Source of the DNA: Longimicrobiales bacterium
GTDB lineage: Bacteria; Gemmatimonadota; Gemmatimonadetes; Longimicrobiales; Gaopeijiaceae
Direction of reading: 5' to 3'
Assembly (NCBI GenBank): GCA_041690395.1
Contig: JAWLHJ010000001.1
Coordinates: 288,001-352,000, forward strand
DNA length: 64,000 bases
The notes under the pieces were generated by a model that did not search any database, was not told the origin of the DNA, and saw only the letters and a list, made by a program, of their open reading frames with translations. Shown in pieces: positions 37,843 through 47,945 of this stretch. Position 1 is the stretch's first letter. Each line of letters starts with the position of its first letter. Made by a program: the position numbers and the translations under genes.

Positions 37843-38697
37843 TCATCCCTCCTCGTCCAGCTCCAACCCCACGCCGGTGGGCGTGATCACCAGACTCGGC
37901 AGGATGGTGCGCACGGGTGCTGCGGCGATCTCGGCCAGGGCCGTGTCGGCGTCGGGGTAGGGCGCCAGTTGCTCGAGCGTCTTGATGGTGGGGAAGACCA
38001 TCGGCAAGCTCCCTTCCGCGTAGCGAGCGAGCGCCCCTCGCGGGGAGACCCAGAGCGCGTCGGTCATCTCGCGCGGGTCCACCACCGGCCTGGTGTCGCC
38101 GGTCACGCGGGCCGCGAAGAAGCGCGTGTCGTAACGACGGGGCTCGACCAGCGGAGTGATCCAATGGGCCAGATACTCGACCGAGCGGCCGTCCAGCCGG
38201 CAGCCCAGGCGGTCGAGCGCCTCGCCGAAGCCGATCCGGTCTTCCATGACGTCGTCACGCACGCCGTCGACCTCGGGACTCGAAGCGGCGGTCGGCGGCG
38301 CGGTTCCATCGGGTCGGCGGCCGATCAGGATCCCCGTCTCCTCGAAGGCCTCGCGCAGTGCCGCCAGGTAGTAGCCGATCGCCGGTGGGTCCGCTCCGGG
38401 AAGGGCCAACCGGGCCTCAGCGCTCTCGACGGTCAACCCGTCGAGCCGCCTCAGCGCCTCGGGCGTGGCATCGGTGCCGTCGACCCTGCCCCCGGGGAAT
38501 ACGTACGCACCCGGCACGAAGCCCGCGTTCCGGTTGCGGCGCATGAGCAGTACTTCGAGCCCGCCCTCACCGTCACGCAGCAGCACGATCGTCGCCGCGG
38601 GCCGGGTGGGGGTCGGCTCGGCCGGAGGGTGCTCGATCTGCTCCGCGAACCGCTCAGGAAGGCGATCGAACGGGATGATGAAGTCCGATTTACTCAT
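37843..38697 (-). CDS. NUDIX hydrolase (NUDT19-like)
   Basis: RPAATIVLLRD, VFPGG.VD, AALREAFEETG and WITP...RRYDTRFF motifs. Confidence 0.92.
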   Translation of the reverse strand: MSKSDFIIPFDRLPERFAEQIEHPPAEPTPTRPAATIVLLRDGEGGLEVLLMRRNRNAGFVPGAYVFPGGRVDGTDATPEALRRLDGLTVESAEARLALPGADPPAIGYYLAALREAFEETGILIGRRPDGTAPPTAASSPEVDGVRDDVMEDRIGFGEALDRLGCRLDGRSVEYLAHWITPLVEPRRYDTRFFAARVTGDTRPVVDPREMTDALWVSPRGALARYAEGSLPMVFPTIKTLEQLAPYPDADTALAEIAAAPVRTILPSLVITPTGVGLELDEEG

Positions 38698-38752
38698 GAT
38701 GCACTCATGTCATACTCAGGGGCTGCGTAACGGGGTGCCAGCGGGGCCGTGG

Positions 38753-40330
38753 TCAGCCTCCCGCCGCCATGCCGTCCTTACGAAGGTCCGACGCCGCGGC
38801 CCAGCCGCGATCGAGACGTACGATGGCCTGACCTCCTCCGAACGCGAACCCCTCCGGCGGCACGAGCTCGTGGCCGCGCCGCTCCAGCCCGGCTGCGACG
38901 TGACCGGGGAGCGCCTCGACCGAGAGCCGCCGCGCCTCGAGGTGGCGGAAGCGGGGAGCGTCGAGGGCCTCCTGCGGATCCATCCCGAAGTGGAGCATGT
39001 TGAGCAGCACCTGCACCTGTCCCTGGGGCTGCATCGGGCCGCCCATGACGCCGAACGACATCCACGGCCGTCCCTCTCGCGTCACGAAGCCGGGGATGAT
39101 GGTGTGGAGCGGCCGCCTTCCCGGCGCCATGCGGTTCGGGTGACCCGGGTCCAGCGAGAAGCCGCACCCCCTGTTCTGGAGCGCGAAGCCGGTGCCCGGC
39201 ACCACGATACCCGATCCGAAGTACTTGTAGATGGAGTTGATGAAGGAGACCATGTTGCCGTGCTCGTCGGCGACGGTCAGGTACACCGTCTCCGACGAGG
39301 TCGCCGGCTCACCCGGATCGGCGCGCTCGGCCGCCGCGACAGGGTCGATCTCCCGCGCTCGCTCCGCCAGATATCCGGCGTCGAGAAGCGCCTCGGGCCG
39401 GACCGCCATGTTCTCCGGGTCCGCGACGAAGCGCGCGAGGTCCGCATAGGCCAGCTTCTTCGCTTCGACGAGCGTGTGAAGGTACGCCACCGAGTTGTGC
39501 CCCATGCCGCTCAGGTCATGGCTTTCCAGGATCTCGAGCATCTGCAACGCCGCGATCCCCTGGCCCGCCGGTGGGAGCTCGTGCAGGGTCACCCCGTGGT
39601 AGTCGACGCCGAGAGGCTCGACCCAGCGGACCTCGTGTCGGTCCAGGTCGGAAAGCGTCACGCTGCCGCCGAGCGCGTCGAGACCGTCCACCAACCGTCG
39701 CCCCAGAGCGCCCCCGTAGAAGCTTCCGACGCCGTCGCGGGCGATGCCCCGGAACGTCTCGGCCAGGTCCGGCAGCCGGAACCACTCGCCCGCCGCTGGC
39801 GCGCGGCCCCCGGGGAGGAAGGTGGCCGCGGCCGCCTCGTTGCGCCGGAGAACGTCGCTGACGCTGGCCCAGTCACGGGCGATGATCGGCGTGACCGGAT
39901 ATCCGCGCTCGGCTAGGGCGATCGCGGGCGCGAGCACGTTCGAAAGGGTTCGGGTGCCGAAGCGCTCGAGCAGCGCGTCCCAGCCGGCCAACGCACCGGG
40001 GACGGTCACGGCGCGCGCGTCGTGGTCCGGCACCTCCCGGAGCCCTTCGGCCGTCAGCGCGTCGGCGTTGGCCCCACTCCCGGCCCGTCCGCTCCCGTCG
40101 AGGCCGACCAGGCGTTCCTCCTTCGCCGACCAGAGGAGTGCGAACATGTCGCCGCCGATGCCCGTCATGTACGGCTCGACCACGTTCAGCACGGCCGCCG
40201 CGGTCACCGCGGCGTCGATGGCGTTCCCGCCCTCTTCCAGCGTTCGGAGCGCGGCTCCGGTGGCCAGGGGTTGGCTGGACGCGACGGCGAAACGCGGCGC
40301 GTAGACCGTCGAGCGCCCCGACGGGCTCAA
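38753..40330 (-). CDS. ggt: gamma-glutamyltransferase (no signal peptide, YwrD-like)
   Basis: GGNAIDAA, VTVPG, nucleophile T in ETVYLTVAD, LQNRG, PLHTIIP and GVMGG.MQPQG motifs. Confidence 0.94.
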   Translation of the reverse strand: MSPSGRSTVYAPRFAVASSQPLATGAALRTLEEGGNAIDAAVTAAAVLNVVEPYMTGIGGDMFALLWSAKEERLVGLDGSGRAGSGANADALTAEGLREVPDHDARAVTVPGALAGWDALLERFGTRTLSNVLAPAIALAERGYPVTPIIARDWASVSDVLRRNEAAAATFLPGGRAPAAGEWFRLPDLAETFRGIARDGVGSFYGGALGRRLVDGLDALGGSVTLSDLDRHEVRWVEPLGVDYHGVTLHELPPAGQGIAALQMLEILESHDLSGMGHNSVAYLHTLVEAKKLAYADLARFVADPENMAVRPEALLDAGYLAERAREIDPVAAAERADPGEPATSSETVYLTVADEHGNMVSFINSIYKYFGSGIVVPGTGFALQNRGCGFSLDPGHPNRMAPGRRPLHTIIPGFVTREGRPWMSFGVMGGPMQPQGQVQVLLNMLHFGMDPQEALDAPRFRHLEARRLSVEALPGHVAAGLERRGHELVPPEGFAFGGGQAIVRLDRGWAAASDLRKDGMAAGG

Positions 40331-40998
40331 GAGGTGCCCTCGGGCTCCTTCCTGCTACCGTCGGCCTCCTTCCGCGCGCCCTCCCGCTCGAAAACGAGGA
40401 CCCGGCCCGGGAACAGCGCCTCCAACCGATCGATGTCGGCCCTGGTGCCGTGCGGCTCACCCCAGTGGACCGGCACCACGACCTCGGCGCCGCAGGCCTC
40501 GCCGGCCCGCGCGGCCTCCTCCACGGTCATCGTGTAGTGGCCGTCGCACGGAAGGAACGCGACGTCGCAGCGGATGCCGGCCATCGACGGAAGGAAGTCC
40601 GTGTCTCCCGCGTGGTAGAAGGTCGTGCCGCTCACGGTGAAGACGTACCCCAGCCAGCCGTCGTCGGGGGTATGGAACTTCTTGCCGACGTTGTGGGCGG
40701 GCACGGCCAGGACGTCGAAGCCGTCGAGCTGAAGCATGTCCCCCGGCCGCATGAAGTGGTCCGCGTCCGCGAGCTGCTTCTTCATGGTCGACGGGGCCAC
40801 GACGACAGTGTCCGGCCCCCGCACCTTCGCGATGTCGTCTTCCGAGAAGTTGTCGAAGTGCGGATGGGTGAGGAGGATCAGATCCGCCTCGGACTCCTCG
40901 GTGACGCCGGCGGGGTCCACGTGCACCTCACGGCCCATCCCCCGAATGCGGACGGACGAGCCGCGGAACCACGTGATGCCATCGAGCCATTCGCGCAT
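40327..40998 (-). CDS. MBL-fold metallo-hydrolase
   Basis: THPHFDN, YHAGDT and PVHW motifs. Asn replaces the last His of HxHxDH. Confidence 0.88.
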   Translation of the reverse strand: MREWLDGITWFRGSSVRIRGMGREVHVDPAGVTEESEADLILLTHPHFDNFSEDDIAKVRGPDTVVVAPSTMKKQLADADHFMRPGDMLQLDGFDVLAVPAHNVGKKFHTPDDGWLGYVFTVSGTTFYHAGDTDFLPSMAGIRCDVAFLPCDGHYTMTVEEAARAGEACGAEVVVPVHWGEPHGTRADIDRLEALFPGRVLVFEREGARKEADGSRKEPEGTS

Positions 40999-41230
40999 GT
41001 TGACCCCTGCGTGTGGCGCCGGGTGGTAGGAGGTGCCAAGCTAACCGTCCGGGGCGACCCGAAAAAGTGGCGGTACGCCGGCGCTGTTCGCGTCATAATG
41101 ACAGACGTCATGCGGATGGGGCATGGATTCGGCCCGTTTCGGCTGGCAGGAATCATGCACCCTGGAAGTATCCGCGGCACGAGCGTCCAGCCGCGCCGGA
41201 CGAGGTCCATTTCTTCAACGACCCGCTTAC

Positions 41231-43927
41231 ATGACTCCGAACGATCGGAACACGGCCCCGACCCTGGTCGAGGACGAGGAGAGAGTAGAGACGATGGGGG
41301 AGCGATTCACGCTGCCGGTGCTGCCGCTGCGCGACACCGTGGTATACCCAGGTGTCGCGGTGCCCATCTCGGCCGGGCGTCCCGGGACCGTCGAGGCGGT
41401 CCAGGAAGCGCTCGACGGCGACCGGCGGTTGTTCGCGGTCGCTCAGCGCGAGAACGTGGACGATCCACAGCCGGAATACCTGTACAACGTCGGCACCATC
41501 GTCCGCATCATCCAGACACATCGCGTGCGCGGGGGCGTCCAGCTCCTGGTGCAGGGCGAGAGCCGGGCCCAGGCGATCTCGTATCGCTCCGAGGGCGACT
41601 CGATGCTCCATGCGGTCCTCCTCGAGATGGACCGGCAGGAGCCGCGCGACCCGTCGGATCCGGCATTCCAGGCGCTCGACCGCGAGCTCCGCGAGCGGGC
41701 CGCCGAGCTCGGCACCCGACGTGGCGTGCCGGCCGAAGCGCTGAACCAGCTCATCCGTGGCGTCGATGATCCCGGCCCGTTCGCCGACCTCGTCGCCTTC
41801 TACCTCGAGCTGGAGACCGCGGACAAGCAGCGCCTTCTCGAGACGCTCGACGACGAGGAGCGCATGCGCCAGTGCCTGGTCGCCGTGGAGCGCGAGCTGG
41901 CCCGGATCGATGCCCAGGAGGACATCCAGGCGAAGGTCCAGTCCGAGCTGGGCGAGCGGCAGCGCGAGATGCTCCTGCGCGAGCAGCTCAAGGCCATCCA
42001 GAAGGAGCTCGGCGAGGAGGAAGAGCGCGACGACGTCGAGGAGATGCGCCAGCGCATCGAGGAACTCGACCTGGGCGAGGAGCAGCGGTCGGAGGTCGAC
42101 CGGGAGCTTCGTCGCCTGGAGCGCACCAGCCCCCAGTCGGCCGAGTACCAGGTCATCCGCACCTTCCTGGAGTGGGTCACCGAGCTTCCGTGGCAGGAGC
42201 GCACCGACGAGAAGATCGATCTCAAGCGTGCCACGGAGATCATGGACGACGACCACCACGGCCTCGAGGACGTGAAGGACCGCGTGCTCGAGTTCCTGGC
42301 CGTCCGCAAGCTCTACCTCGAGCGCTCGGCGGCCAACGCCGAAGATGCGGCGGACTCGGACGACGCGGGCGTTCCGGAAGACGTGGGGGGCTCGGGCAAC
42401 GGTCAGGATGCCCTCCTGGGCAGTGACGACGCGGCCGACGAGCCCCACACGGATGCCGAGCCCGCCTCGGACGACGACGAAGAGCGAGCCGGACGGGGCC
42501 CGATCCTGCTGTTCGTCGGCCCTCCCGGCGTCGGTAAGACGTCCATCGCGCAGTCCATCGCCCGCTCGCTGGGGCGTAAGTACGTCCGGATCTCGCTGGG
42601 CGGCGCCCGCGACGAGGCGGACATCCGCGGCCACAGGCGCACCTACGTGGGGGCCATGCCCGGCCGCATCATCCAGGGCATGCGCCAGGCGAAGTCGAAA
42701 AACCCCGTCTTCCTGCTCGACGAGGTCGACAAGCTCGGCGTCTCGTTCCAGGGAGACCCGAGCTCGGCACTGCTCGAGGTGCTCGACCCGGCCCAGAACT
42801 CGACGTTCGTGGACCACTACCTCGGCATTCCGTTCGATCTCTCCGAGGTGCTGTTCATCGCCACCGCGAACTATCTCGACCGGATCCCCGGGCCGTTGCT
42901 CGACCGTATGGAGCGGGTCGACTTCGCCGGTTACACCGAGCGCGAGAAGCTGGCGATCGCGAAGAAGTACCTGCTCCCCAGGCAGCGGAAGGACGCGAGC
43001 CTGGAGGACGAGGAGCTGACCATGACCGACGAAGCCATCCTCGCGGTCATCCAGAGCTACACGCGGGAGTCGGGCGTACGCCAGCTGGAGCGGGAGATCG
43101 GCAAGTTCGCCCGGAAGGTCGCCCGGAAGATCGCGGCGAGCGACATCGAGCAGCTCGAGGCGACCGCCGACGACGTGCGGGAGTTCCTTGGCCGGCCGCG
43201 GGTGCACCCCGAGCGCATGGCCGACGAGGACACGGTCGGCGTGGCGACCGGCATGTTCTACACGCCCATGGGTGGCGACATCATGTTCGTCGAGGCCAGC
43301 GTCATGCCCGGCGAGAGCGGGTTCGTCCTGACGGGCCAGCTCGGCGATGTCATGAAGGAGTCGGCCAGGGCCGCGCTCTCCTACGCCAAGGCCCATTGGA
43401 AGGAGCTCGGTATCGCCGAGGAGGCGCTCCGCAAGCGAGAGGTCCACATCCACGTGCCGGCGGGCGCGATCCCGAAGGACGGACCGTCCGCGGGTATCAC
43501 GATGGCGACCGCCCTCATCTCGGCCGTCTCGGGTCGGAAGGTGCGGCGCGACGTGGCGATGACCGGCGAGCTCACGCTGACCGGCCGGGTGCTCCCGATC
43601 GGAGGCATCAAGGAGAAGGTGCTCGGTGCCGCGCGCGCCGGCATCAAGGAGATCGTGCTTCCGGTCGATAACGAGGCCGATCTCGAGGATCTCCCGGAAG
43701 AAGTGCGCAAGCAGCTCGTCTTCCACACGGCCGAGACGCTCGACGACGTGATCGAGGTCGCGCTCGGCGGGAAGAGCGGGGGCAAGGCGAACGGAGGGCC
43801 CGCGACGGCTTCGGCCAGGAAGAAGGCTCCGGCCAAGAAGAAGAGCCCCGCGAAGAAGAGTCCCGCGAAGAAGGAGCCTGCCAAGAAGGCTCCGGCGAAG
43901 AAGAAGCCGGCGAGCAAGAAGAAGTAG
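41231..43927 (+). CDS. lon: ATP-dependent Lon protease with an acidic insertion and a Lys-rich PAKK tail
   Basis: LPVLPLRD, Walker A GPPGVGKT, GHRRTYVGAMPG, DEVDK, catalytic PKDGPSAG and GGIKEK. Confidence 0.97.
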   Translation: MTPNDRNTAPTLVEDEERVETMGERFTLPVLPLRDTVVYPGVAVPISAGRPGTVEAVQEALDGDRRLFAVAQRENVDDPQPEYLYNVGTIVRIIQTHRVRGGVQLLVQGESRAQAISYRSEGDSMLHAVLLEMDRQEPRDPSDPAFQALDRELRERAAELGTRRGVPAEALNQLIRGVDDPGPFADLVAFYLELETADKQRLLETLDDEERMRQCLVAVERELARIDAQEDIQAKVQSELGERQREMLLREQLKAIQKELGEEEERDDVEEMRQRIEELDLGEEQRSEVDRELRRLERTSPQSAEYQVIRTFLEWVTELPWQERTDEKIDLKRATEIMDDDHHGLEDVKDRVLEFLAVRKLYLERSAANAEDAADSDDAGVPEDVGGSGNGQDALLGSDDAADEPHTDAEPASDDDEERAGRGPILLFVGPPGVGKTSIAQSIARSLGRKYVRISLGGARDEADIRGHRRTYVGAMPGRIIQGMRQAKSKNPVFLLDEVDKLGVSFQGDPSSALLEVLDPAQNSTFVDHYLGIPFDLSEVLFIATANYLDRIPGPLLDRMERVDFAGYTEREKLAIAKKYLLPRQRKDASLEDEELTMTDEAILAVIQSYTRESGVRQLEREIGKFARKVARKIAASDIEQLEATADDVREFLGRPRVHPERMADEDTVGVATGMFYTPMGGDIMFVEASVMPGESGFVLTGQLGDVMKESARAALSYAKAHWKELGIAEEALRKREVHIHVPAGAIPKDGPSAGITMATALISAVSGRKVRRDVAMTGELTLTGRVLPIGGIKEKVLGAARAGIKEIVLPVDNEADLEDLPEEVRKQLVFHTAETLDDVIEVALGGKSGGKANGGPATASARKKAPAKKKSPAKKSPAKKEPAKKAPAKKKPASKKK
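43815..43924 (+). repeat. tandem (S/A/E/K)PAKK(K) coding repeats at the Lon C-terminus
   Basis: RKKAPAKKKSPAKKSPAKKEPAKKAPAKKKPASKKK. Confidence 0.85.
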
Positions 43928-43969
43928 GCGGCTCGCGGCGACCGGAACGGACCCGAGAGGCCGGGCGCG

Positions 43970-45031
43970 TCACTCCACGACGATGCGCCCGGCCTCTCCT
44001 CGTTCCACGACTCCGACCACGGCGGCGACCGGGGCTGCGCCCTCCAGCCACGACAGAACGCCATCCAACCGGTCGGGCGGCACGGCCATGAGCAGCCCGC
44101 CGGACGTTTGCGCATCGGCGAGCAGCGTCCGCTGAGCCTCGGAGACATCCGGGCCGAACGTCACGTCCGGGGCCAGGTCCTCCAGGTTGCGCCGCGTCCC
44201 TCCCGGGACGTGACCGGCTGCCAGGAGCTCGGCCGCGCCCTCGAGCAGCGGCACGTCGGCCGCGTGTAGGCGCGCGCTGGCCTTCGACGCCCGGAGCATG
44301 CTGCGCAGATGCCCCAGAAGCCCGAAGCCCGTGACGTCCGTGGCGGCCCGCAGCCCGGCCGCCACCATCGCCTCGGCGGCACCGCGGTTGAGGGTGGCCA
44401 TGCTGCTCACCGCGCCCGCGACCACCGGGGCGGATGCCGCGCCGGCCTTGATCGCCGTGGCGATGATGCCCGCGCCCAGCGGCTTCGTCAGAACGAGGAC
44501 ATCCCCGGGCCGCGCGCCGGCATTCGTGACCATCCGCCCTGGGTCGACCTCGCCGATCGCGACCATGCCGTACTTCGGCTCGGCGTCGTCGATGGTGTGG
44601 CCACCGAGGATGGGGATGCCGGCCTCCCTCGCGATCTCACCGCCTCCCCGCAGGATCTCCTCGAGCAGCCCTTCGGAGAGGAGCTTCCGCGGAAATCCGA
44701 CGAGGTTCAGGGCGAAGAGCGGCCTGGCCCCCATCGCGTAGACGTCGGACAGCGCGTTAGCTGCGGCGATCCGTCCGAAGTCGAAGGGGTCGTCGACGAT
44801 GGGCGTGAAGAAGTCCGCGGTCACCACGAGCGCGCGATCCGCCGACAAGCGATACACGGCGGCGTCGTCGCCCGTCGTGTGACCGACGAGGACGTTCGGG
44901 TCGTCCACGGGGAGCATGTGACGCAACACGTGCGCCAACTCGGCCATGCCGAGCTTACACGCTCAGCCGGCGCCGTGACTGAGCTGGGACAGCCGGATTG
45001 CCGGCCGCTGGTCCCGCGGCTCGTTCGTCAT
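43970..45031 (-). CDS. selD: selenide, water dikinase; selenoprotein form (in-frame UGA, Sec23)
   Basis: GGAGGAG RBS, then MTNEP...RLSQLSHGAG-UGA-ACKLG in frame with the track ORF; DDAAVY, DFFTP, NALSDVYAMG, GGHT, TDVTGFGLLGH and QTSGGLL motifs. Confidence 0.93.
44928..44962 (-). other. candidate bacterial SECIS hairpin 3' of the selD UGA
   Basis: AGCUCGGC-AUG-GCCGAGUU upper stem (+8..+26) on a GCGUGU/GCACGU lower stem. Confidence 0.6.
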
Positions 45032-45238
45032 CGCTCCTCCGAGGTCGGGGTGGACGGGGCGGGCCCCGAACCGCCTGCGTCGGGACCATGGTCGCGCTCT
45101 GGACGCGTCGGAAGGTGGCGCCGACCGCGTCCCGAGGAAACCCGAGCGACGAACGGTGTAGCCACGGACGGAGCGGCACCGGAGGGGTCGGTGTCGCGGA
45201 AGGGCGTCAGGCCCTTCCGGATTCACCAGGGAGACGAC

Positions 45239-46090
45239 GTGAGTCATAGAGAATCGCCACGCGGGTTGTTGGCCGAGGAGCTGTCGGCACCCGAGCCGGA
45301 CATGGATCTGGCTCGGGCGGCGCTGCTCATCGCCCAGGAGGAGTACCCGCAGCTCTCGGTCGAGCTCTACCTCGCGCGGCTCGATCAGATCGCCGAGGAG
45401 GTGAAGGACCGCCTCGCCGACGAGACCGCGCCCCTGCTGGTGCTCCAGGAAATGCTCGACACGCTCTACCGCCGTCGTAGCTTCGGCGCGAACCGGAAGG
45501 CCTACTACGACCCGCGCAACTCCTTCCTGAACGACGTGCTCGACCGGGGGGTGGGCATTCCGCTCACCCTGGGGATGGTGGTGCTCGAGGTCGGATGGCG
45601 TCTCGGGCTGCCGCTCGAGGGCGTCAACTTCCCGGGCCACTTCCTGGTGCGCTTCCGGGGCGAGGCCGTGGACCTGCTCGTGGATCCGTTCGACGGCGGG
45701 AAGCTCCGTTTCGAGGACCAGGCCCAGGAGCTCCTCGACCGCGCGTACGGCGGGGTGGTCCGCCTCCAGCCTTCGTTCATGCGTGAGGCCACCCGGCGCG
45801 ACATGCTGGTGCGCATGCTCACTAACCTGAAGGGTGTCTACATGCGCGTCGCCGATCATCACCGGGCTCTGGCCGCGGTCGAGCGCATTCTGATGCTGAC
45901 GCCGACCGCCCCGACCGAGAACCGGTCGCGCGGCCTGCTGCTCGCGCGGCTGGGCCGGAGGGAAGAGGCCGCCACCCAGCTCGAGAAGTACCTGCGGGTG
46001 GCGCCCGGGGCCGCCGACGCCGACCGGGTCGAGGACATGCTGCGCGACCTCAAGGCGGGACGCGATCCCGCCGACGTGGAGGGATTGTGA
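45239..46090 (+). CDS. SirB1/YchA-like transglutaminase-like + TPR protein
   Basis: ALLIAQEEYP, YYDPRNSFLNDVLDR..GIPLTL, GVNFPGHFLVR and RML.NLK motifs; GTG start after GGGAG. Confidence 0.88.
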   Translation: MSHRESPRGLLAEELSAPEPDMDLARAALLIAQEEYPQLSVELYLARLDQIAEEVKDRLADETAPLLVLQEMLDTLYRRRSFGANRKAYYDPRNSFLNDVLDRGVGIPLTLGMVVLEVGWRLGLPLEGVNFPGHFLVRFRGEAVDLLVDPFDGGKLRFEDQAQELLDRAYGGVVRLQPSFMREATRRDMLVRMLTNLKGVYMRVADHHRALAAVERILMLTPTAPTENRSRGLLLARLGRREEAATQLEKYLRVAPGAADADRVEDMLRDLKAGRDPADVEGL

Positions 46091-47136
46091 CCGACACGAC
46101 GACGCGAAACGCCACGCTCCGGGAAGCCGCCGTGTCTCCCGGCTACGAGGCCGCGACGGGCGGGTTGGCCCTGCTCGACCGATCGGGGCGGGCTCGCCTG
46201 CGCGTGCACGGCCGCGCCCCGAGGCAGATGCTGAACGGGATCCTCACCGGCACGCTTCCCGAGCCGCCGGTGGTCGACGAGGCCGGAGTGGCGCGCGGCA
46301 CCGCCACCTACCATGCGGTGCTCACGCCGAAGGGGAAGATGGTGACCGACCTCTGGGCGCTGCTCTCCGTGGACGAAGAGGAAGGAGGCTTCCTGCTGGA
46401 CGTTCCCGAGGCCGGCGCGCCGGGGCTCTTCGAGCATTTGAGGAAGGTTCTACCCCCGCGGCTCGCCCGCCTGGACGACGTGAGCACCGACACCGGCATG
46501 TTGGCTGTGGTCGGTCCCGAGGCGACGGCGGCGCTGTCACGGATCCTGTTCGGGCTGCGGCTCGAGGCCGACCGGCTCACGGGGCTCGGTGAGGGAGGCT
46601 GGCTGAGGCTCGGCGCCGACGGACCTGTGGTCGTGCGGAGTCGCGACGTGCGCCCGGACACGTACTACGTCGTGGGAGAGCGGACCGCGGTCGGCGCGCT
46701 GGGGAAGCGCCTGGTGGAGGCCGGCGCGGTGACGATGACGACGGACGACTGGGATACGCTCCGGGTCGAGGCGGGCCGTCCGGCGTTCGGGGTCGATATG
46801 ACCGACGCGACCATCCCCATCGAGGCCGGCATCCACGACCGGGCCATCGACTATCAGAAGGGGTGCTACACGGGGCAGGAGGTGATCGTCCGGATCCGCG
46901 ACCGCGGACACGTGAACCGTCATCTCCGGAGGCTCGTGTTGGGCGACGTGCCGCTGCCCGAGCCCGGCACCGAGCTGTTCGCCCCCGGCGACGACGCGAA
47001 GGCCGTGGGGTGGATCACCTCCGCGGTGCGCTCGCCCGCGGAAGACGGCGTGGTCGTGTTGGCCTACGTGCGTCGGGGCGTCGAGGCCATCGACTTCGCG
47101 GGCAGCGAGATCGCCGTGGACTCCGGCACGCTATAG
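46087..47136 (+). CDS. ygfZ: YgfZ/GcvT-family folate-binding protein
   Basis: LTPKGKM, LRVEAG.P and the YgfZ signature KGCYTGQE. Confidence 0.88.
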   Translation: MTDTTTRNATLREAAVSPGYEAATGGLALLDRSGRARLRVHGRAPRQMLNGILTGTLPEPPVVDEAGVARGTATYHAVLTPKGKMVTDLWALLSVDEEEGGFLLDVPEAGAPGLFEHLRKVLPPRLARLDDVSTDTGMLAVVGPEATAALSRILFGLRLEADRLTGLGEGGWLRLGADGPVVVRSRDVRPDTYYVVGERTAVGALGKRLVEAGAVTMTTDDWDTLRVEAGRPAFGVDMTDATIPIEAGIHDRAIDYQKGCYTGQEVIVRIRDRGHVNRHLRRLVLGDVPLPEPGTELFAPGDDAKAVGWITSAVRSPAEDGVVVLAYVRRGVEAIDFAGSEIAVDSGTL

Positions 47137-47751
47137 GCCGGGCAGCTCCTCCAACGCGGCCCGGATGTCCTCGTTCTCCGGGCGGACGCGGTAGTTCACC
47201 TCGGTCATCTTCCAGCGAACGATGCCGTCGCGGTCGATGACGTACGTGGTCGGGTGCGGAATCAGCCGGTCGGGAGCCGCGTCCTCGTTCAGGAGCCCGT
47301 AGCGCCCGATGACCGCGGCGCCGGGGTCCGACAGGAGCATGTAGTCGATGACGCGCCCTCCCGTCTCCTCCCGCACGCGATCGACCATGAGCTGGAGCTC
47401 CTCCGGTCCGTCCGACGCGACGGCCACGATCTCCGTGGTCTGGTTCCGCTCATCCGTGAGCATGTCCTGCAGCTCCCCGAGCTGCTGCGCGCAGTAGGGT
47501 CACCAGTGGCCGCGGTAGAAGACGAGAACCACGTCCTTCTCACCGCGAAAGTCGGAGAGGCGCACCGGTTCGCCTGCCAGCGAAGCGAGTCGGAAGTCGG
47601 GAGCCTCGTCGCCCACGGCGACCCTTTCGAGATCCGCCGGTGGGAGGGCCTGGTCGTCGAGGGGCCCGAGGCGGTCATCGGCTCCGGCGGAGCAGGAGGC
47701 CGTGAGCAGGGCCGCGGTCACGACCGAGAGGGATCGTGGGCTGAATCTCAT
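47131..47751 (-). CDS. AhpC/TSA peroxiredoxin-like lipoprotein; selenoprotein (UPYC, Sec84)
   Basis: Track ORFs 47500-47784 and 47131-47463 are one frame joined by TGA at 47500-47502: VGDEAPDF...VVLVFYRGHW-U-PYC..QL...PHPTTYVIDRDG.VRW; lipobox TASC. Confidence 0.88.
47469..47485 (-). other. candidate SECIS hairpin 3' of the peroxiredoxin-like UGA
   Basis: GCAGCUC-GGG-GAGCUGC, perfect 7-bp stem at +15..+31. Confidence 0.6.
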
Positions 47752-47945
47752 AGGGGGTCCCGGCTGGAAAGGGGCGCGCACCATCTCACCAGGGAATCAA
47801 TGAACCGCGCGTGCGGTTCCCCGTCACGGGCAAGGCGCCCGCAACCAGGGCGTCGTTACACATCTGTAACGATTTCGTCGAACTGGGAGCGCCCCCGCTC
47901 CGAGTGGTGTATCGTGGATGAACGTCCCACCACTGGGAGGCCCTC

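Noticed and set aside
45032..45238. tRNA-Sec (selC) next to selD
   Set aside because: No cloverleaf with a UCA anticodon loop or T-arm recognised.
44963..47502. selD and the peroxiredoxin-like gene as nonsense pseudogenes
   Set aside because: Both stops are TGA at catalytic-Cys positions with 3' hairpins; Sec recoding is more parsimonious.
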